DNA of 64,000 bases, taken from contig NC_135656.1 of NCBI RefSeq assembly GCF_964188315.1, positions 107,012,001-107,076,000 of the forward strand, written 5' to 3'. Of this stretch, positions 34,122 to 45,574 are shown in pieces. Every line of letters begins with the position of its first letter. Within the stretch, counting starts at the first letter, position 1. Both the position numbers and the translations under genes were made by a program. Source of the DNA: Podarcis muralis. Its lineage: Eukaryota. The notes beneath the pieces are model-generated. The model ran no database searches and was not told the origin of the DNA. It was given only the letters and a program-made list of their open reading frames with translations.

Positions 34122-37100
34122 CTTCAAAGGCTCCTGACTTCTGTCTGGCCGAAAGAACGAAAGGAATGCAGCTGCTTGGAGGGGGCGCCTTTTATTATTT
34201 TCTTGAGCTGGCTGTGATTGGTCGAAGATGAGCAGGCCAATAGAAAAAAGGATTCTATTTCTAATCCAATGGGAAGCGAGTGCGCGCGGGTGGGGTCCTG
34301 GGAGAGGGGAACAGATTAATTTAGAATATACTTATATTGTAGAAGAATGGGCAAATAGTGTCTCTCTGCTTTCTGTTCATCCGACCCTTCCCTAATGTTT
34401 TTCTAATGGAAATATTGATGCTCGTGGCTTGTTGCTTTTTTACCCATACGATGTTTGGTGAGAGCTGGGGATATTTTGCAAGTTTTCTCTGCGTACAGGA
34501 TAGAGTTTTTGCCGATTCCTTTGCTTATACTGTACATTTCCGGCACGGGAACCTACATATCATTGGGAACATATTAATTTAGAATATATTTAATGTAGAC
34601 TGCCTCATTGGCTGTTTTCACGCAGCAACCCAAACCAATCCTTTGACGTTTCTGTTCCTTCCTGTTGGCTTCCACGCACTCGAGGTGGTTTGCAGTGTTT
34701 AATAATCTCAGATAGGAGTTTCTTGTCTTTACTCAGATCAATCTCGTGTCCCTCGCGCTGTATGAAGGGCAAATATACTTGCGTACCGAAGTGGAATTAG
34801 AAATTGAAAGGAAAAATAAAATAAAATAAAACCCGGAGGCAATTTATAAGGCGACTACCAATGCAAAGGCGACTGAGCAAAAACAAAAAAGGTTTCCCTA
34901 GCGAGATCATACTAGGGATGTATCATCTGGTAGTCCTATGAGTGGTATCGACTCGGGGATCGTGGATTCTTTGATACTGATTTAGCTTTGCCATAACTGC
35001 ACGTTTCAGTCCATGATTCCACAATACATTTATTAGGAGAAACCAAAATGTCACAAAACAACGAACAGGTTGTCGTGTTCACAAAGCTCTTCGTTATGTA
35101 AGAACAGCAAAGGCGAAGGGAGAGGCGGGAAAGCTGCCTTGATGTCAGCCTTTTTATGCACATACGCAAACTCCGGTTTTGTTTACTAATCATCCTGATG
35201 ATTAATACACGCCGGATTCTTTAAAAGTAGGTTCTGATTGGTCTACAACTTAGGTTAGTAATTTAAGAATAAGTAACAAAGGTCAATGAATGCATATATT
35301 TAAGCCAGACTGTTCCCACTGAGTAAAGGACGGGATAAGTACCAAAGGGGGGGGGGGGGAATCTGCCAACAAAACCTCACGCATTAATTTGGACATCCAG
35401 GAACAGAAGGATTTTGTGTGGTGTCAAAAATGTTTATACAAAAATGGGATGATTGAAAGGTGAAAGGAAGCCAGGATATTCTGTGGTTCTATAGTATTGT
35501 GCGGATTTGGCAATTGGTAAATGAAAAAGACTTGATAGTGGATAGCAATATGAATACAATAATAGCTAGAGACAGTTTATGGCGTTGGCTAATATGCTGG
35601 AATTGTCTGGAAAATACAGTGGCGCTTGGATCACATCTCAGTCCGGTCCTGATGTGAAGTGAAGGCAGAAATTCCTAAAATTGTTTTGCTGCAACTGTAA
35701 AACCTTTGACTGCTACAGAAATTAACAAAAGCCATGCTCAATCTGCCTCTCTGACATTCGTTGGCAATAACCGCCCTGAGATCTTATGATGAAGGGCAGT
35801 ATATAAATCGAATGAATGAATGAATGAATGAATGAATGAATGAATGAAATAACGTAGATTTGAAATCTTTCTCCAGGTTTCAGACTCTCAGTGAATTAAC
35901 CAGGAACAATTTATGTCTGCGCTTGTGAGAGAATCAAATCAGACGCACTATGTACATACAGAATTATCCTATTATTATTTCAATTTATTGGCCGCCTAAT
36001 ACAAACGCCCAGAATATTTCTGTGCACGTTTAAAGAAAACAATCAAATCTAAAAATGAAACAACACACCCAAAATATAACACAAAGGCAGCTCAGTATGA
36101 TATTCCTATTTCCTCAGATACCTGGAAGAAGTTGTATATCCTAGGTGTGTCCCACTGTATTCAGTGTCTTACTCACAGGTAGGAGGGCATACAATCTGTA
36201 AATTCTTAACATCTATAAATTTAAAAAAATGCAAGATAAATGTGGGACTGCAGCGGAAAAATAGCTTCTGTCAGAATATAATTGTTAGTTTTTTAAAGTT
36301 GCCATAAAGACTGCTGTGTTTGTGGCAACAGACGAGAACGTGGCTCCTCATCCACTTATAAGATTATACATAGGAGTAATTATTACTGAAAATGAAAAGT
36401 TTCTGAAATAGAATTTAAGTTCATGAAAAGTAACCATGTCGTAACCAAGATTATATTTTAAAAGGAAATATTACAATAAAATATCTCCTCAGATGTTATT
36501 TGCTGGTAACCTTCTTTTGCCTATGTGAACGTCAAAACTGATTAAATTTACAACGTCTCCCAGAAGTGTCTTTTTGAGAGGCGCAACTTTTCCCTCAGGC
36601 AGGCGAGTGAGGTGCCGGGGAGGAAAAAGGCGGGAAAATCTGAAGCGCTTGGCCGCCATTTCCCCCAACCGCCCAGGAGCATCAAGCCCCGCCCTCCTCT
36701 GCTTTCTCCTCCGCAACCTGCGCATATTTAGTCTTGGAGTCTAGAGGGGCACTTTAACGAAGTATCGCAGGAAATTGTCTAACGGAAACTCCGTAACAGG
36801 TTTCTTGGAGGACCGTTGTAGCTTTCACGCGCTGGAAATGTATAAGCAATGGAATCGGCTAGCAATTCAATGCACAGGGGAAACTTGCAAAATATCCCCA
36901 GCTCTCACCAAACATCATATGTGTAAAAATAAAAGGAAAAAAGCCAAAAGCATCAATATTCCCATTAGAAAAATATTCAGGAAGGGTCGGATGAACAGAA
37001 AGCAGAGATATTATTTGCCCTCCTAAATTAATCTGACAACCTTCTCTCAGGACCCCACCCGCGCGCACTCGCTTCCCATTGGTTTAGAAATAGAATCCTT

Positions 37101-37227
37101 TTTTCTATTGGCTTGTTCATCTTCGACCAATCACAGCCAGCTCAAGAAACGTATAAAAGGCGCCCACTCCAAAACACCTGCAGTCTTTTCGTTATTTCGT
37201 CGAGAAAGAAGTCAGGAGCCTTTGAAG

Positions 37228-37704
37228 ATGTCAGGTCGCGGCAAGACAGGCGGGAAGGCACGAGCCAAGGCCAAGTCCCGCTCTTCCAGAGCCGGGCTGC
37301 AGTTTCCCGTGGGCAGAGTCCATCGACTGCTGCGTAAGGGAAACTACGCCGAGCGCATCGGCGGCGGAGCGCCCGTTTACTTGGCCGCGGTGCTCGAGTA
37401 CCTCAGCGCCGAGATCCTGGAGCTGGCCGGCAACGCAGCCAGGGACAACAAGAAGAGTCGGATCGTCCCGCGCCACTTGCAGTTGGCTGTGCGCAACGAT
37501 GAGGAGTTGAATAAGTTGCTGGGCGGTGTGACCATCGCGCAGGGCGGAGTCCTGCCCAACATCCACGCCGTCTTGCTGCCCAAGAAGACCGAAGCTCTGC
37601 ATAGCGCGGTCGCCGCCAAGGCCGCGGCCAAACCCGTCACCAAGGCCGCCAAAGGGACCAAAATGGCCCTCAAGGCCAGCACCGCGCCCGTTGCAGTTCA
37701 GTAA
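37228..37704 (+). CDS. H2A: Histone H2A long-tail variant, copy 3 (158 aa)
   Basis: Core differs by I80V; tail [36 protein letters not shown]; CCAAT/TATAAAA promoter upstream. Confidence 0.95.
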   Translation: MSGRGKTGGKARAKAKSRSSRAGLQFPVGRVHRLLRKGNYAERIGGGAPVYLAAVLEYLSAEILELAGNAARDNKKSRIVPRHLQLAVRNDEELNKLLGGVTIAQGGVLPNIHAVLLPKKTEALHSAVAAKAAAKPVTKAAKGTKMALKASTAPVAVQ

Positions 37705-37756
37705 GGAGCAAATGGCAAAAACGCCTGCCGAGGGCGACCAAATATCCAGACCCAAA

Positions 37757-37772
37757 GGCTCTTTTCAGAGCC
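37757..37772 (+). terminator. Histone 3' stem-loop, copy 3
   Basis: GGCTCTTTTCAGAGCC; AATAAA at 37809-37814. Confidence 0.95.
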
Positions 37773-38700
37773 ACCTACAACGCTCCTAGAAGAACGAAAC
37801 CACTCGTAAATAAATTAAGCTTTTGGCTTGGAAAATTGGCCCATTTATTTTTAAGGCGCCTGGGAAATGAGGTTTCAGGGTCACATTAGGCCATTTCTAA
37901 AATCACTTTTAAGCTGGTCAGATCCCTTGCTTTCGTTGGAGACAAATTCCATGTAAGGAGAAATCCCAATTTATGAGACTCGGATTAGCAATTTTGGGGA
38001 CCATGACAGCTGATTGGTGCTTGGATGCACAATGCATCCATATGAGCACCAGCACCCTATGTTTTAGGAAAAGGATTGCATAGCTCCAATGGGCCACTTA
38101 CCTGATGATTTCCTATCTAACTGGTGGATCTAGCTGTATGGTCGGATGACAGCCTGCAGCCAGTTATACTAGCAGCTTTCCAACTATTTTGAATACCAAC
38201 TTGCACCAAAAAGCACTGCTTCCAGGGCCCTGCACTATTCTCTAACTGCTACATAATGCCAGTACACTTGGGGGATTTGCAAAGGGTTCTGACTCACTTT
38301 GTAGCAGCAGCAGCAGCAGCAAGGCCTCTCACCCCACCCTACCCCTTTCACAGGTTGCTGAGACAGTGACAGCTTGAAGTAAACCAAAAGGGGATTGTGA
38401 GGAAAGACAAGCTCTTCTGGTAACAGAAATACACAGGTTGAACAAGTGTTATGGATTTCCCTGCCCCCAGTCTCTGGTCACTGTTTTGGATCAGCATCCT
38501 GTGAGAATCCAAAGATTCCCAAAGCAGAACTGACAAACTCACCTCTGTCTAGGAGAAGCCATGTGTCTTATACAGAGTGAGTCTTTTAAAAGAGGCCCCG
38601 TGGAACATGTGTACTCGGTATCCACGGGGCCTCTTTTAAAGGACTTACCCTGTACTTATCAGTGGTTTCATCTCTCTCCCACCCCCGGGGGGTGTGGCAT

Positions 38701-39050
38701 AAAAAGGTAAAGGGACCCCTGACCATTAGGTCCAGTCCTGGACAACTCTGGGGTTGTGGCACTCATCTCACTCTATAGGCCAAGGGAGCTGGCGTACAGC
38801 TTCCAGGTCATGTGGCCAGCATGACTACGCCGCTACTGGTGAACCAGAGCAGCGCACGGAAACGCTGTTTACCTTCCCGCCGGAGTGGTACCTATTTATC
38901 TACTTGCACTTCATGCTTTCGAACTGCTAGGTTGGCAGGAGCAGGAACTGAGCAACAGGAGCTCACCCTGTCGCGGGGATTCGAACCGCCAACCTTCTGA
39001 TCGGCAAGTCCTAGGCTCTGTGGTTTAACCCACAGTGCCACCCGCGTCCC
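38701..39050 (-). mobile_element. Sauria SINE
   Basis: Full length; gtggcata repeated in both flanks. Confidence 0.9.
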
Positions 39051-39319
39051 TGGTCTAGTGGCATAAGAAAACACAAACGTTCAGAGAAATATTTCAGCAC
39101 TTTATTATTTTTTAGATTTGGAGGAAAATGTACAACTTTTGAGATTTACAAACAATCCGATGAAAACATTGCCCAGTAAATAGCTTAACTCTTAAACTTA
39201 ACATAACTAGACTGGCTAGCCTTTCTAGTAAGTCGGTTGCCAGTCCATAGCTTTTAAGTACATAATTGCATCTGGGCTCCATATCTCAGCAGCATGAAGA
39301 TTAGAAAGATTGTCTCCAG

Positions 39320-39555
39320 GCAGAGGGCCTTCTTGGTAGTGACGTCCTCCCTTCAGATGTCAAGGAAATAGACAACTACAGTACCTGACTTTTAGGAGAC
39401 ATCTGAAGGCAGCCCTGTTTTGGGAAGTTTTTAATGTTTGATGTTTTATTGTATTTTTACTATTCTTCTGGGAGCTTTTCAGAGTGGCTGGGGAAATGCA
39501 GCCAGGTGGTTGGGATATAAATTATTATTGTTGCTATTGTTATTATTATTATTAC
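39320..39555 (+). mobile_element. L2-like LINE 3' fragment
   Basis: Homolog of 29325-29658 in the opposite orientation. Confidence 0.6.
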
Positions 39556-40498
39556 TAGCAAAAGCATGATTTAGCCTTTGGGCATGCGGCCAGGGATCTT
39601 GAGCCCCTAACAGCTGTGTGGCTGGCAGAAACCCAACAGGTCAAGCCTTTCCTCTACAGTAGTATGGAAATACCGTACTGCAAGAAATGCGTATGTGGTT
39701 GCCACCTAGTGGCCAAAAGGCAGAAGTATCTCTTGGAAAAGTTAATACAAGCAGTTTTATAAATTGCACTTGCAGCCCAGAATCACAGGCTCCTTAAGAA
39801 TCTCTAGGCAGATTGGACAGGTGGCCTCACTGTGGGATGTGGACCAGATCAGCTTTCGCCAATCTGGTGAGCCCTCCAGATGTTTGGGGGCTGTAGCTCC
39901 CATCAGCTAAAGCCTCTGGAGGGCACTAGGATGGCGAAATCTGATCTAGTCCACATCCCATAGAGGCCAAGAGGTCCGGACATAGATGGACTCCTAGCAA
40001 TGGGCTACACAACGGGGCTTCCACTGTCATTTTGTCTATAACCGCTTGCAAAGACCTTGCACAGAGTTGCTTGCTGCACCTTTAAATACCCAAGACACCT
40101 AATCCGGAGACAGGTGTGTCACCTGCCTGCTCTAAGGCAAAGTTAGAATCCCAGTGGTCACAGCTGGTAGCTTTCACTTTTGTTGTTGATCTGCAGCCAT
40201 GAGCAGATGTTTCATCCTCATACCATAAAAAGCTTCATTTGCTGGTTTCTGCAGACTAGGCTGCTTTAGAGGGACAGAAGCAGGCAGATATCTTTCACTG
40301 GACAGCAAACAATCCTAATAAACAAGGTGGATGGCAGAAGACAGGGAAGAAGCGGCCTCTATGGCAAAACAGGGAATATATGCAAATATTCCCGCTATAA
40401 TTGTATTTATATAATCGTTTTGATTTCTACATTGTACTGATACTATGTTATGTAGTTGTGTGGTGTAAAGTGCTCTGTGGTCTTCTGATGGAAGGGTT

Positions 40499-40500
<2 letters not shown>

Positions 40501-40540
<40 letters not shown>
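40501..40540. repeat. (AAT)n microsatellite
   Basis: About 13 perfect units. Confidence 0.95.
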
Positions 40541-41106
40541 GCAGATAAGAAAGTGAAGTTTATGTGTCTGAATTAGCTCCTCCACAGGCAAAAAACTCAA
40601 CAGGTATGGCTTTCCCATCTCTGCATTACCATTTTGAAAAACAGCACCTTCTGTACAATGGTTTTCAGCTGAAACCCAGATGAAAAGATAACCAAATGCA
40701 GCAACCCTATCTAGGTGTCAGCATAGCTTAGTCTGCCTCAAGTCCCCCCCCAGTTTCATGGCTAAGTGGGGATTTGAACCCTGGTCTCCCAGGCCCTAGG
40801 CCAGCACTCTAACCACTATACCACACTGGCCCTCTGCCTTTTCCCCTTCCCATATTTTCTATACATCCATTTCAGCTTTCCCCTCTTCACCCCCCCTTTC
40901 ATTAATGATCATAAGGGGTGCTACTTTTAAGGGAGATGTGGGACAGATGTTATTTTACCTCGATGGGATTTCAGTGCGGGGAGAGGAATAGATGGTCTGC
41001 CCCTTAGTTCCAGACACCTGGGGGTCCCCAAAGGAATGGAGCCTTGGGCAACGAGAGCTCACAACTTTGAGTACATTTTAATAAGGATAACTCTAAACAT
41101 TTATAC

Positions 41107-41663
41107 AGCAGCCACGAAATTAAAAGATGCCTGCTTCTTGGGAGAAAAGCAATGACAAACCTAGACAGCATCTTAAAAAGAGACATCACCTTGCCAACAA
41201 AGGTCCGTATACTTAAAGCTATGGTTTTCCCAGTAGTGATGTATGGAAGTGAGAGCTGGACCATCAAGAAGGCTGATCGCCAAAGAATTGATGCTTTTGA
41301 ATTACCGCGCTGGAGGAGACACTTGAGAGTCCCATGGACTGCAAGAAGATCCAACCTCTCCATTCTGAAGGAAATCAGCCCTGAGTGCTCACTGGAAGGA
41401 CAGATCCTGAAGCTGAGGCTCCAGTACTTTGGCCACCTCATGAGAAGAGAAGACTCCCTGGAAAAGACCCTGATGTTGGGAAAGATGGAGGGCACAAAGA
41501 GAAGGGGACAACAGAGGATGAGATGGTTGGACAGTGTTCTCGAAGCTACAAGCATGAATCTGACCAAACTGCGGGAGGCAGTGGAAGACAGGAGTGCCTG
41601 GCGTGCTCTGGTCCATGGGGTCACGAAGAGGCAGACACGAATAAATGACTAAACAACAACAAA
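41107..41663 (+). mobile_element. Bov-B LINE 3' fragment
   Basis: MTNLDSILK..YGSESWTIKKAD..FGHLMRR..; (aac)n tail. Confidence 0.92.
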
Positions 41664-42133
41664 CAGATTGCTGAAAACACACCGATACGTTCTCTTAGCA
41701 ATTCTTACGACACTGCGAGGTAGGTTGGAATATTAGGGTCCCCACATTAATTTTTATGGGTGATGGGGAGGGTGCTAAGGAAGGAGAAAATGAGTCAATT
41801 GTACTTCATTTTGACTTTAAATGTAATTTATAATGGTGAGGTAATACATCCTAGGTATATGTGAAGATATGTGAATCTCATCCAACCCCTAATTAAACAG
41901 ATTTGTTCCTGCCACATGGGCCTCTGTGATTGGTGGCACAGTGTCTACCTGTGGAAAAAAGTTTGACAGTTGCAGGGGAAGTTAGGAGCGAAGCTTTGAG
42001 AGACTCTACTTTGGGAATATCGAGGGGGGGGGGCATTGATTGCCACAGATTGGTTGCCCTCCCCTCTCCCTTCCTTCCCCCAATTTGCTTCTTCTTGTCA
42101 GCTTTATATAATTATAGGAATATTCAGGCTGTA

Positions 42134-43041
42134 CAGTGGTACCTTGGTTCTCAAACACCTTGGTTCCCAAAGGCCGAAAACCCAGAAGTGAGTGTTCCGG
42201 TTTTCGAACGTTTTTCGGAAGCCGAACGTCTGATGTGGCTGTTGGCTATTATTTTGGGGCGTTTGCACCAATCAGAAACTGCACTGTGGTTTGTTTTTTT
42301 TTATAAAATGTTTTATTAAATTTTCTTTCAAACAGTCAGAAATTTACAGAATAAAGAGTAAAGAAAAGAACAAAGAAAAAAAGAAATACGTAAAAACCAA
42401 CTTTCCAGAATATTTTTACCATTCCAACTGGACTTCCCCACATCTTTCGAACCCTGCGTTCTTTGCAATAAAAACATCAGCAATTTGTTACCTTATTTCA
42501 TGTCTTACTGTATCTTTCAAATATTATGTTTCTAAATTCAAAATACTGTATCTCAGTTGTTTGTGCCTTAAAATAAACATAATATAGTTATTTCATGTTG
42601 TCTACCTCGTCTTTCTTATAACTTAATTTCCAAATTCACCAAATCAAGTTGCTGAAGCTAAAGTTTCCAAATCATGCACATTCTTAACATTCATACAGCT
42701 TATAATGTTTTTGCAAATAGTCCTTAAATTTTTTCCAGTCCTCCTCCATTATTTCCTCTCCCAAGTCTCGAATTCTGCCAGTCATTTCAGCTAATTCCAT
42801 GTAGTCCATCAACTGCGTCTGCCATTCCTCCAGCGTGGGTAAATCTTGTGTCTTCCAGTACTTTGCGATGAGGATTCTTGCTGCTAGAAACTGCACTGTG
42901 GTTTTCAAACATTTCAGAAGTCAAACAGAATTCAGGAACAGATTAAGTTTGGGGCTTTTGTTTTGCTATTTATTTTGCATTTTTGTTTTTGAGGCATTTT
43001 CAGTTAATTTGTTTTTGTGACTGTGTGGAACCCGGTTCAGC

Positions 43042-43075
<34 letters not shown>

Positions 43076-43405
43076 GTGACTGCGGAAATGGATAAAAAAC
43101 CCCATCCAAACAATGACTATCATCAGTGCAGGTAATTTTTTTTATTTTTAAATTTATATCATCTATAATACTGTTTTTTTATTTTATAGTACACTGCATT
43201 GGTTATTGCTTTCATTTCTGGATCAATGGTCTCGTTAGATAGTAAAATTCATGTTAAATTGCTGTTTTAGGAGTTTTTAAAAGTCTGGAACGGATTAATC
43301 TGTTCTGCATTACTTTCTAGGGGAAAGCATGCCTTGTTTTTGGGACGCTTTGGTTTTGGAACGGACTTCTGGAACATATTAAGTTTGAGAACCAAAGTAC
43401 CACTG
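42134..43405. mobile_element. Tigger-like non-autonomous element interrupted by an L1 fragment
   Basis: TIR cagtggtaccttggttctcaaac / gtttgagaaccaaagtaccactg; TA TSD. Confidence 0.85.
42293..42885 (-). mobile_element. L1 3' fragment
   Basis: AARILIAKYWK..EEWQ..DWKKF ORF2 C-terminus; 19-bp TSD agaaactgcactgtggttt (42274-42292, 42886-42904). Confidence 0.88.
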
Positions 43406-43430
43406 TACTCGTATTCAAACCTTTCACATA

Positions 43431-44958
43431 CCGTATTTTTCGCTCTATAACACGCACCAGACCATAACACGCACATAGTTTTTAGAGGAGGAAAACAAGA
43501 AAAAAAATATTCTAAATGAAACAGTGGATGTATGATTTTTGTGGTTCATGCTGTGGCCACAGACATGTGATCTGACAGTGAGTTTGGAGTAGCCCAATGC
43601 AAAAATCCTGAGGATCCATGCTTTGTAACCACGTTTTTGCACCACTGCGACCCTAGGCAACAGTGGGTGCGTGATTTTTTTGGTGCAGGCTGTAGCCATG
43701 GACATGCTATGTTATCTGATGGTGAATTTGGGGTGACCCGGTGCAAAGATCCTGTGGATCCATGCTTATAAAAGTCCCTATTAAGGAAAAAACAGACAGG
43801 ATATACGAAGTATGATTTCTTTTTTATTTACGGTATTTCTTTTTTGGCCACCTCTGTCACTGCAACCTTTGCTCTGTGCTTGCACACTTTTGGGCAATAG
43901 GGCATGTAACACACTTTTTTTCATCTGCCAATATGTAGAAAATCAATTTTAATGTCCCTATATAAAATGCCTAGTGAAGCAGAAGGGTATTACATCAGCC
44001 ACTGTATTAAGGCTAAACGTTTGAAGAACAGCTCTCTATGGGGGGGGGGGGACTAAATTCCATTTTCAATCAATTGTTATTGTGGCAGCAATTATCAGTG
44101 TATAGCGCACAATGAGGAAATGAACTTTAAAAAAATATATAAAAAACATTCTCACGTTATACTTCTTCAAAGAAGAGTATTAGGCTTTTAATGAAGGGGA
44201 GAGGAGAGATGCTGTAATCCTCCTGGCTCAGGAGATTCTGATTTACCTGCCGCGTTAGAAAGTATAGATTAAGATATTTGATATACAGCATATAAATCCA
44301 GAGATTTCCATGTCTCACTCTGCAATCCAGCCTGCTGTTACTTACGAGCAGGGAAGCAGGGTTTCTCTTCCAAACAAGCATACTGTCTCCCTCCAGCAGT
44401 ACATTGCTTGGAGAAGCTGTAATTTGGAAGGGGCCTGGGGGCAGGGCTCTCTGCTTTTGGAAAAGAAATGAGAAACCTACCATTGTAAAGCAAAAGTCCC
44501 CTCCACCCCACCCAAGCCAGCCCCCCCCCTCTCTCTCCCACTTGCGTGTTTTTCGGCTGCCTGCGAGTCCCTAGAGCATGGAGAGGAGGAGGTGGTGGGC
44601 TGGAGCCTGCACGCAGTGTGACTAGGAAAGAATTAGAAAGACTCGATCATTTCCTTAACCCTCTGCTTGCCAGGAGGGCAGGGGATGCCCTGCTCTTTGT
44701 TGAGTTTGAGCAAACGCAGCAACAGAAGCGGGTGGGCAGTAAGACCCTGAGGCAGAATGCAGGAAAGCAACAGCTTCCGCCTTCCCTCTTCCCTCCGCCC
44801 GCCCGCCCAATCTTATTTTTGCCTGATTTTTGCCTATTTTGCCCCTTCGCTCCGGAGAGTCAGCTCCAGGGACCACACATTCGCTCAATAACACGCACAG
44901 ACATTTCACCTTACTTTTTAGGAGAAAAAATCTGCGTGTTATAGAGCGAAATTTACGG
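43431..44958. mobile_element. Tc2/pogo-like non-autonomous DNA transposon (~1.5 kb)
   Basis: TIR ccgtatttttcgctctataacac / gtgttatagagcgaaatttacgg; TA TSD. Confidence 0.8.
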
Positions 44959-45252
44959 TACATTCTTTTGCAATTCTTACAACAAGCCTGCAAGGTAGGT
45001 CAGTTTTATTATCTGCAGGCTGCAAATGGCGGAGTAGAGAGAGAGAGAGAAGCTTGTCTAGGATACCTGAGTGGACTCATTACAAGAGAGGAGAGGGCAA
45101 CTCTCAAATTCGTAGCACAAGTGTTCAGCCATTATGCCACGATATCCCTTCCCTCTACATGAGAGCCAGCCAGGACCCATGTATTTCATAGCTGCCATCA
45201 AAATAAGTCATTTATTTTTATTTCATATGGGGACAGAAGAGATGGTCTCTTC

Positions 45253-45535
45253 TTATTTATTTATTATTTATTTATTGAATTTATATACCATCCTACACCC
45301 GGAGGTCTCACAGCAAAGATCACAATACTTAAAATCAAAATAAAAACAATGACCCAATAACACCTGCCCAAAAAAGAGCCGCATTTTAAAAGGGTATAGG
45401 ATGTTGATCAGTTCAACAAAAGGAACAATTCTGGCTGCTGCCTAAAAGTGTATAATGAAGGCGCCAGGCGAACTTCCCTGGGGAGAGCATTCCACAGGCG
45501 AGGAGTCACTGCAGAGAAGGCCCCGTTCTTTCCAA
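45253..45535 (-). mobile_element. L2-like 3' fragment directly downstream of the transposase stop
   Basis: RLWNALPREVRLAPSL..F remnant; (aaat)n tail carrying minus-strand AATAAA at 45256-45261 and 45271-45276. Confidence 0.7.
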
Positions 45536-45574
45536 GACCAGCCATGAGGATTCCTTTAGGGGAAAGCAACAGAT

